Shown one piece after another: positions 30,501-40,500 of a stretch of DNA of 64,000 nucleotides. A program made the position numbers and the translations under genes. The notes beneath the pieces were generated by a model that searched no databases, was not told the DNA's origin, and saw only the letters and a list, made by a program, of their open reading frames with translations. Every line of letters starts with the position of its first letter. Position 1 is the stretch's first letter. The DNA is from a virus. Lineage: Duplodnaviria; Caudoviricetes. Location: the IMG/VR virus record IMGVR_UViG_3300013383_000017, positions 64,001 through 128,000 of that record, one strand, 5' to 3'.

Positions 30501-31554
30501 TTTTTACATCTATATCTTCTGTTATAAATTTACCTATATCACTAGCTATACTTTGTGCTTCTGTTAATGCATCTATAAAATCTTCTTTTTTAAATGTTTT
30601 TCTAATAAACTCTTTAATTGAATTTATTACTCTACTAATTATACCTTGATAGTTAGTGTTTTGTTTTTTGTCTAAAAACCAAGATTGATATATTAATTTA
30701 CCTGCTACTTCTCTTATTAATGTTTCCTCATTATTAGAATACTTTTTAGTATATTCTTCATATTCTTCTCCTAATACCTCTCTAATTAATGTTGGGTTTT
30801 TAGATAATAAGGTAAATAATCTTCGTACCAGAGGATTATCACTATTTATATCTACAGCAAAGTGAGCAAACTCTTCTGGAAGAGCATTTACACCTGTTTC
30901 ATTGTTAGCTAATTTAATTAGTCCTATTAAACCTTCTGCTGTATATTCTGCTGTCTTATAATCTACTTTACCACCTATACCAATGCTTTCTTCTAGTTTT
31001 GTTAATCTGTTTATAGTTATTCCTTTATTAGCTAATAGTGTTTCTATACTTTTATTAAGAGTATAATTTATTTTAATATTTTTAGCTTTAGCTTCATTTA
31101 TTTTATTTTTTCTTTCTACTTCTACATATAAACCACTATTATCTTGCTTTATAGTAGCTATAAAATCCTTATATGTATTTTCTTCATTAAATTTATTAAC
31201 TTTTTCATATAAAGTCATTACTCCTTTATATGTATTTTCTTCATATTTAAAAGAACCATCTTTGTTAATAGCATCTATCTTTTTATTTAATGCTGTAGTA
31301 ATAACAGCATCATTCAATATTGTATTTACTTCTTTATTTTTTAAAAGACTTTCTATTTTTGGTTCTCCTAATTCGTCTTTTTCTATTTTTTGATATTCCC
31401 TTGTAAAAGAGGGAGAAGTTACTTTAAAGTAAAGACTTTTAGTAGCTTCTCTACTGTTAGTCAAAGAGAGTAAATCTTTAAATAGTTTACTCTCTTTTAA
31501 CTCTCCAGTATTTACATCTTTTTTAAAGGGAAACAAAGTACAATAATTTCCCAT
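27514..31554 (-). CDS. Large RNAP-associated cargo protein with a zincin-like segment (1346 aa)
   Basis: ALPEEFAHF...EVAGK zincin-like motif, helical body, MMFRKYI motif; directly downstream of the RNAP gene. Confidence 0.6.
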   Translation of the reverse strand: MGNYCTLFPFKKDVNTGELKESKLFKDLLSLTNSREATKSLYFKVTSPSFTREYQKIEKDELGEPKIESLLKNKEVNTILNDAVITTALNKKIDAINKDGSFKYEENTYKGVMTLYEKVNKFNEENTYKDFIATIKQDNSGLYVEVERKNKINEAKAKNIKINYTLNKSIETLLANKGITINRLTKLEESIGIGGKVDYKTAEYTAEGLIGLIKLANNETGVNALPEEFAHFAVDINSDNPLVRRLFTLLSKNPTLIREVLGEEYEEYTKKYSNNEETLIREVAGKLIYQSWFLDKKQNTNYQGIISRVINSIKEFIRKTFKKEDFIDALTEAQSIASDIGKFITEDIDVKKEQLNNLKKLDSLYNLQSKTTSKKEILTRILSNEIKKYDFYRKSLQDKMLKAKTEKEKEELNDKLADYIFDVESFILEEKENLAKEEFDIGIVSFIQKSFENLSTYTDKMKGIINSDLNIKEAAYQLNTIKIFIDSIYPTVRDLIAKETFDGDLKLEPQISSYLHSLNEDLGILESEYKKAAFSAFSTFLKEYFPEEGIKVSTKEGKKVLTKDIIDSLLETAKQDITIIDRYIQSAANTNDLLIQIVDAAIKEKKDNTRTKVQELKRVLVAKYNKLKEKGLDDSFMFERHKDGSMSGRYISNTNWTLYYDTLNSFKKELYEKYKRDIEKGDWKDYNQDLNAWYRDNTTYEGDPSPLKYSVDIQKDYNLSDEQLDYYNTFMQIRVNMLSKLPPQILSNDPMLAVQMQKDLYLRLKETNPKEWWGKIREAAKQSVTSHLSDTNFGSGGKYKNFDGSEKYTLPIFFTSAIDESNLNRDTVSTMLAFADMAINYEEMSDIVDILELGRTPMNERVAEEKGNETIKTKGIKLVQKIFKTENNNFVAKYNELLETQLYGRYLSDASVQIKNTNINLSKVAGLLNKLTALNSLALNALAAIAAVGNDIIQVNSEVAASMVKGGKAYFDAKSLYSADKYYRKNILKVIGEFGEINKTNKLGLFLEKFDVLHNYENDIFNYKFKTPKVRKLLSENSLYFLMSAGAHWGESRTALAQAMYTKVKTNDGKEISLWDALEVKTDENGEKYLGTIDGVELTREEENNFKKRVWGVNHDLYGIYNKADKNALQKTAIGALIMMFRKYIVPALNRKYGGITSKETLYNFDTAEEHEGYYVSLWKFIYSTIKDSKDMGLQISLHWDQMEDFQKSNIARALNELITVIVLTGVTAALTGDKDKKDNPWGERLLIYMSRRLKTEIKAFTPFGVTRELGDIIASPMAATRTLESIGSIKEALYLPNWFGEKIESGRFKGKSKGYRALMNSPFVPMNKTIYRLLHPEIAERYFNK

Positions 31555-31567
31555 TTTTATAATCTAA

Positions 31568-34500
31568 TTAACACATTTCTACAAATTCACCATTTTCATC
31601 AAGCACTGTATTTTCTTGATTCTCCCTAGCACTCACTTTATCTGCACTACTAAGGAGCATGTCAATAATAGGATTATCACCTTCCATTACAAAGTCATCT
31701 GATTCATTATCATTAACATCATTAGTTTCATCAGCTAATTTTTCAATGTCACTTGTACTTGCATCTCCTATAAATTCACCATTCTCAGATTCTTCTTGTG
31801 ACACTGCCTGTTCATTTGTATTAGAATTATTATCTTGTAATAAAGTGTCTCTTATCGTTTTTTCTACAACTTCTTGACAATAGTACTCTCTTAATTTACT
31901 ATCACCCATCTTTTGTATTCTTTCATAAGTACACACAACTTTATCTCCTTTCTTCTCTTCACTTACCTTTTTATAATAAACAGTAACTGTTTCTCCTATT
32001 TCAAAAGCAGGTGCTTTTAGTTTTACATAAGTTTTACTTTGTCCTTCTTCAAAAGTAGCTGTTATGGTTTTATATCCATCTATAAGAGTAACATCATTTT
32101 TCTTTTTTCCTATTACACTAAATAAGAAATTATCATACAAATGATTAGCCATAAATTGTTTATTAAAAGAACTGACTAATGCTTCATTTTGTTGTGCATT
32201 TAAGTCTTTATTCATAGTAGCACTATATTCCTCTACCTTACTCTTTACTATAGCAGAAATATAAGGCATCAAAGAATTTGGTAAATAATTAAATCCATAT
32301 GTTGTTGCATATAATAATAAGGAAACTCCTAATCTATGTAAGTCTTTATTATTAGAAGTGAGTAATTTATACCAAGCATCTTTAATATTTTCAATTTGGG
32401 TTCTATTAACACCATAGTCTTTACTAAACCCAATTCTTTGACCTATCACAGAATTATTATAAATATAAACTTTTATATTATTTAATAAAGCATTTGTTCT
32501 AAATTCTTCTGGGTATTTCTCTTGCATCTCTGCTAATACATTAGGAACTTTCTGCAATAATTCTATATAATCATATGAAAATGATGGAGTTCCTCTTAAA
32601 AGGAATAGATAGTAATCATTTATATATTGATCTATAAATTTAGCTAATTCATCTGTACTTGTATATGTAATATCTGTTTCTGCTAATAAATCAAGAGCAT
32701 TTTGTAGTACTGCTTTAATCTTTACATGTTTTAATAATTGATTATTTCCCATTACTAAACCACATTTAGTAGCTGCATAAACAAAAGGAATAGGTTGTTC
32801 CATAATCTCTTTAATTAAATCATCTATACTGTTTGGATTTTGTTCTAACATGGAGTCTATATTAACCATGTTAGTAACAATATTACCTTTTTTATCTGCA
32901 CTATCCAAACTATTTTTAAGTTTTAAAAGAGTAGCTACAGTTTGTCCTAATGTAGGTCCAGCTTCATTAGATTGGGCATCCCCTCTTGCTGCTAATGTAT
33001 AACTATTTAATGTTCCACCATAGCTCTGAATTACCTCATTTAATACATGTATTGTCTTTGCTAGAGATGCATTACTATCTATTTCTAAATAACCCGGTGT
33101 TTCTACCATTTTACTTAATATAATAATATCCTCTAGTTTTACACTATTAATAGCACGATATAAACTCTTCCTTTCATCATCACTAATTTCAAGTTTTTTA
33201 TATTCACTATTTTTTTCTAGTGTAGACATTGCCTTAACATATTTCAAAACTACTTTAAGTGGTATACCTGCTCTTAATAAGAAGTTAGTTACATTTCCTG
33301 TATTAGGATTGTGACCCAAAGAATATAAGGTAGGATTAGATGCATTATCTACTGAAGCACCAATACCTTCTGCTATATTACTACTAATTAGAGTACCTTC
33401 CTTATCATATATATCATCAATTTTACTAATTGTATATCCTAAGAATGTAAAAGGTTTTTTTGTTTTAGTAGTGGTTAATTCTCCTATATTATGTCCTGCT
33501 GCAGCTACAGCATTAATACCAATCATCTTATCTCCTAAATTAAATTGTTCAAAGGTAAATAATTGAGTATTGAAAGATACTAAACTTTGATTTCTAGAAA
33601 GTGCCTGCTCTTTGAGTTTTCTCAGCTCAGATGAAGACATGTTATTTATTTCATTATAAAATTTTGCAACTATCTTTTTTATTTCTTTAGTATCTGTAAT
33701 ATCTTCTTGCTTAATATTGTAGTATTCTAATATCTGAGGTATACTCATATTATCCATAATATCAGCAATTGTAGCTTCTCTTACATAGTCTGAAAAATTA
33801 CCAACTCTTAAGTTTAAATCTGCAGTATCTTTATTTGTTAAAAACTCAAAAATTAAATCTTTTAACAAAGTATTTCTTTGTGTTTGAGTAGTTTCTTTAT
33901 ATATTTTTGCATAATCAATACTCCCATCTTCATTAATATAATCTTCTAAATTAACTGTGTCTGCTACTAATTTTTTAGTTTCTTTATCATATTTTACTTC
34001 TGGTAGTAGCATGAAAACTTTATCAATGTCGAAATCTGAACCTACTATTTTAGTAATCTCAGCTGGTAGCATTATAGAAGAACCCATTGTTGCTGGTAGA
34101 AAATCTTTAATATAGATAGGTTGCATAGAGTATGCTGCTTCTGTAGGTATTCTATAGCCAACAACCTTTCTTAATTCTTTTGGTAGTTTATTTACATCTA
34201 CTTTACCATCTTTAAAGTACTTTCTAAAAAATTTCTTTGCATATACTGGCATGTAGCATTCATAGTATGCTACAGATAGTCCTTCTATGCTATTTATATA
34301 ATTTTCCCAATCTTTTTCTGTTTTATCTTTATTGTTTTTCAACCATTGTTTTTTAGTTGGTAATAATTTACCGTCTTTATCTTTAAATCTAATGCTTAAA
34401 TCATCAGTTTTACCTACTGCAGAAATTTGAACACAAGAAGCCCCAGCCATTTGTTGTCTAGTTACTTTCTTTGAAACAATAGAACTAAGAAGTTTCTCTA

Positions 34501-37500
34501 TCCTATTTCTATTAGCAGGCTCTGTAAGAGGTACATTAAATTCCCCATCTTCATTTAGGGATACTGCATATCTATCATCATCTGTATATTGGTCACTTCC
34601 TGCCATTTGAGATAGTAAGAAAGTAGATAGAGATATATTATCTCTGCATATTTTTTGTATTCCCTCAAAGCCTTTAATGTATCCAGCAGTTAACATAAAT
34701 TGTACAAGATTAACAAATGGTTTCTTTCCTATTTTTATTTCTTTTCCATTGTGTTTATAGGTGAAACTAAATGAATCTGGGATATTTGCAGTAGTAATCT
34801 TTTTAGCTTGAGAACCAATAATACTTAATGCATCTCTAGCATGTTCTGGTGTTTCAGTAATTAATCCCCAATCTTCTCTGTTATGTTCTTTTATAACATT
34901 AGGAATTTTAGATACTTCTTCTAAATAATCAAGTATTTGTTCTTCACTCCAATTCTCTTCTATTGCTTGGTTAAGATCAATAGGTGCTATATTACCAATC
35001 TTTATACCACTTGAAAATTGAGCTAATTCTACATTTTCCTTTTCACAAAATCTATTTAAAGCCTTTAAAAAAGGAGAATTACCTAATTCACCAGCAATTT
35101 CTTGATATATAGCCATCATTACAGCTTCGGAGTTTTTAATAATCATTGGTACTTTTAGTTTACCATAGTTTTCTCCTTCACTATTTGTTACACCACTTTC
35201 AACATCAATATTAGTAAATACATAGGGTTTAAGAACAGTAACCATTGTTTGTATATCATTAAATGTAAATCTACCTGTCTTAATATGCATGTAGGCTTCT
35301 TGCATTGTGTCATTCCACAATCCTAAGCCAAGTAGAGTATCTTTTAAGGAGGTAAGAGTTACAAAACCCTGTCCATCAGTAACATTTACATTTGATTTCC
35401 AATTAGATATCATGAAGTCATACTCTTGTTTATTCATTCTGCCTTCTTTTACTGCTTTTTTAAATATTGCATCAACTTCAGTTAGTATTTTAGATTTATA
35501 TTGAATATCTGAAAGACTTATAAATCTCCTTTTTTTCCTATTAAAGTTTCTACTTTCAAGTTGTGCTCTTCTTTCCATAGCTGGAGTATAAAGTCTTTTT
35601 GTTGCCGATATAACACCTTTACATCTCTTAAAGAAGTCTGTAATAGATTTGAAATAAGCAGGGTCAACCATTAATAGTTGCATCATTTGTGAATTCCAAA
35701 AAGTATAATTTAAATAATAGTCTTGTAAGTCTTTTAGTTTTTCTTCTGTTGCATCTTTTACATACTTAGAAGCAAAAGTATTAAACTCCCTATTTAAACC
35801 GTCTTTAAGTTCTTCTTCTATTATTTCTCTTCTTTCTGTTTCACTACCTGCTTTTACTATAGCATTAAAAGTTTCAGGGTTATTTAAGAACTCAAAATAG
35901 CAGAATTGTTTACCTCTCTTACCATCAAAGTTAGCAATAGGGGCCATGTCATTCTTTTCTCTTGCAAGAACTAAATTAATTCTCTCCCACTCCTGCATAC
36001 ATAGATCTACTAAATCTTCTAATACTTTATCTCTTCTCATATGTGGAACTTTATAGAATTCATAGCTAGAACTATCAGAAAGTATGAACATTGGCATCCA
36101 TATTTCACCTTTTTTATTATCATTATTACTATATTCAGCATAACAAGCTGCAAAATATTCTGCAGCATTCATTTCTTCTATTTCTTTTTTATCTTTAGAT
36201 AATAGAACTTTCCTTTGTAATGTTTTTTTAAAGCTAGAATCAGTGTCTAATAATCTTAAGAATTCATTTTTATAACCATTTTTATCTTTGAATTGTTTAT
36301 ATTTACCAAAGTTTTCTTGTAAATAATCCTTAAATTGATCATAATTAAGTGTGTATACAGCATTAAGAAGTCTACCCCAGAAAGAAGGTTTAGTATAAGC
36401 ATATCTTGATTTACCATCTTCTGTAAATGAAGCCATAGATACATTCTCTGGTATTACCCCTATTACCTGTGCTAATTCTCTCCACCTTCTATTATTATCA
36501 TTTCCCGGTTGAAATTTAATATCTGTAAATATATTAGTACCTTGAGGTAATAAAGTGCTTTTTCCTTCTTTATCAAGATTTTTATTGTAGAGAGAATCTA
36601 GTATTGTACTTATACTACTTTTAATGGTAACAAAAGCTTGTAATGTATTTTTTTCTTTTTCTCCTTCTTCTGAATTTTCTGATATATAATCAGTACTAGC
36701 TAGTAATTCTTCTTTTGTAGTATTTACACCTATCATTCTTAGAAGTTCTACTATACCTAAAATATTATCTTTATATATTTGTATTCTCTGTTCATCAGAA
36801 AGGTATGGAACTATTACTTTTTCATTTATACTATTTAATAAAGCTTCTGCTCTTTTTATATTCTGTAAATTAAATGTTTGATTACTATTATATACAGGAT
36901 ATTTACTATAAGCAGTACCAGTAGAATAAACTCTTGCCCATTCTTTAACTAAATATTCTTCAGCATTTGATTTGTTTACTCTTTTAGTTTTGTTTTCAAT
37001 TTGTATCCAATAATTAAGATATTCAGAATAAAGATCTGTGTATAAAGCTGCATCTATATTTGCTACATGAGATAAATCTCTACTCATTGATTCTTTCATA
37101 ATATCATCTTGTATCATCTTATAGAGTTCTTTAGCCCAGCCATATTTTATACCTAATTTCTGTATAGCAGGTAAAAATTCTTCTGGTGAGTTTAGCTTAC
37201 TAACTACTTCTAATAAAACAGTATGTACTCTATCTGCATCTTCATATTGTGCAAAACCTAAATCATCTGTAATTTTTTTACCATTAAGGTCAACTTTATG
37301 AAGATTACTAAGTACTCTTCTTGAAGTAGCAGAAAGTGTTGTTCTTGGGTCTACTTCTCTTATTTTTACTGAAAAACCTTGCTTTATATCTTGTTTTTCT
37401 TCCTCATTAACTTCTTCTGCTTCTACTGTTTCTGTTTCTGTATCATTATCTTCTATATTATTATCTTCTTCTTTTTCTGTTTTTTCAGAAGTTTCATGAT

Positions 37501-40500
37501 TCATAATATAATCATAATCTTCATCAGTAAATTCACCTATCTTCGCATCTTCTTGACTCACAATATCTATTTTTACATCCTCTCTCTTATATAAAAGATT
37601 AGCAGCTTCAGCAAATAGTTGTTCAAAATTATCATATATCTTTTTAAACTCTCCTTCTATATATTGCCAATCTTCTTCTGTGTATTTATCTTTACGAAAA
37701 GATTGATCTGGGCGTAAAAAGACATCTTTAAACTCTCTTAATAAAACATCTGTATATTTGGTAAGAAGATATTTCTTTGTCTTTTTATATTTTTTACCTT
37801 TACTTTCTGCATCTGCTTTTAAATCTTCTATATAGTAATCTAATACTTCTTCTATTTTTAGAACTATAAGGTTTACTCTATTAAGTTTAGCAGCAGCAGA
37901 ACCAAAAACATTATTTAAATTTTTACTTGTAACTCTTTCTTTTTCTTTGATTTTATCTATTCTTTTTTGTTCTTCAACAGTAGGTTTTGGGTCAAATGTA
38001 GTACCTATACCTTCTCTTCCTAGAAGAGGAGTGGTTGTTTTTTTATCTTCTGTTTGCACGGATTGTTTTTTAAGATTATCTTTATCCCATTGTTCTGCAG
38101 CCTGTTTTGTGGCTTCAAATCTTTCTGTTTCTTTTACTTCTTCTGGGTATCTTGCTGCTGCTTCACAGATTGCAAGTGCTTTGGAGCAGGCATTATACAG
38201 GCTCCTGTCTTGTGTATTAGATTTGGTTTTAAGCCATGTTTTATACAAATTTCTTCTGGACTCATTGTCCAAGTATCTACTGTTTTGAAAACTGTATCCT
38301 TTGTACTCATATTTATCTTTTAATTTATTAAAAATATTATCAACTTCTTCTTGACTGAAGCAAGTAATAGCTAGTTCATTAGTATCAAAATGAAAACTAC
38401 TACCATCTATACCTACTTCTTGTAATGTTTTTTCAATTTGCTCTATTGTAGTACCTTCTGGTGTTGTAAACACTACTTCCAAAGCTGTTGCTTCTTCTTC
38501 AGTATTAACATAATTAGCAGCTATTACAGCATCTTGATATTCATTGCTTAAATCACCCATTAAAGATGCAAATAAATCTATTTTTTCTTGATCTGCATTT
38601 TTAAGTGTATAAAACCAACTTATCTCACTACTACCTAAATATGTACCACCTAAAGGTTCTACTTTTACTATTTCTAATCCTAATTTTTTTGCTAATTTAT
38701 TAGCTTTTTCTTGTATATCCTTAGTTGCTTGTATCATCTCTTCTTTATTAGAAGATGTTAATTTACTTCTAAAATATGGAGCTACAGTAACAAACTGATA
38801 GTCTTTATTGTTATTTTCTTGCTGTTCTTTTTTATTCTTTTTACCTTCAAATATTTTATTTGCTATAGCAATAATGTTTTCTCTACCTTTGGAGCCACTA
38901 AGTATAGCATCAATAGCCTTTTTACCATTATCTTGCAGTTCTCTTGACCCTATAACAGCTGCATTTTTTGTAATAGTTGGTTGTGGTATTTCTTTAAAAT
39001 TTCCATCATCCCATATTTTCCAAGAGTTGCTATTTTGATCAAATAAATACACAGGTATACCTCTTTGTATACCTCTTATCACAGCATATGCTGTTCCACC
39101 TTTAACAAATCCATCATTATCTAAAGTACTTATTGCAAATATTGCATCTGCATCATCTGCCTGCATCATACTTCTTCTAACAAGTTTACCAACATAGGTA
39201 TTTTCATTCAGTACTTTTCTACCAAGTATTTTTACAACTTCTAGATATTCTTTTTCAAATTTTTCTTTCAATTCTTTTGGTAGATTATCCCAGTCTGATG
39301 TAGTATAATGCACTACCTTAATACCAGCTTTATTAGCCACTTCTCCCCAATAAGTATCTGCACCTTTTGCTCCCCCAGAATAAAAGGTTGCTTCTTTTGG
39401 ATTAAAAGGTAGTTTATACCCTTCAGTCTTAGAAGATTGAGCAGTTTCAGGTTGTAAAGGAGTACCTTCTTTCTTGGTATTTTTACTTATAATAGAAACA
39501 GTATCTGTAGCTCTTGATACAGCTACATACTCTAATTGTTTAAGTATAGTGTTTTCTATACCTTTACCTAAAAAGTCACTCCATTCATCTAATTCAGAAG
39601 TATTCTGTACTTTTGCTATATCATCATCATCTATAAGAACATTATCAAAAGTAGAACCTTGCGATTTATGTACAGTCATAGCATAACCATAGTCTATAAC
39701 TTTATTTTGCAAAGTATTACCTTTATCATCTATTATATCATCATTTACAAATAAAAAACTATCTAAATACTGGATTTTTGCTAGTATTGCATTTGCTAAT
39801 TTTTTATTTCCTCTATTTTCTCTCCATTTTTTCCATAATTTCTTTTTTTCTTCAGCTACGGTAATAGCCGCTAATTTATTTTTTTGATTTGTTTTTATAT
39901 CTATAAAATTAAAAGTATTTGCTTTTTTAGATGAATTAATTAGTGTAATAGGGACTGCACTAAATTCAACAGTAGTGTCTGATAATTGTACAGAAATAGA
40001 TTTTTGTTCCTTTACATCAGTAACAGTATAAGCTTCTGAATTTACTAATGCATAGCTGCCAGTTCTCCAATCATATCCCATATTTGTATAACCCATCATA
40101 GGTTCTCCAACTCTAGGTATCATTGTTTTGTATCCTAGTACACTCCTTGTGAGGTCATTGTAATAAGCAACCATCTTATTAGTGTAGGCTAATATTCTAA
40201 AATAATTTGGATTATCTTTTATTTTAGTAGCAAAATGTTGTATAATCTTTTTTATAGAATCATGATTATTACTTTTAATATATGCCACACCTTTTCCTTC
40301 TTTATTAAAAGAAGATTCTTCTGACAATCCTTTATTATTACGAAGAGCTGTAGCTTCTTTAAGTATAGCATTATCCCCAGTTCTTTCTACCTGAGTTAAT
40401 GTTACTACCTTACCATTATTATTTGTAAAGACTTTAGAAATATTATTCTCTTTGACAGGATTTAACTGAGCACTATCACCTACATATATAATTTTTAAAT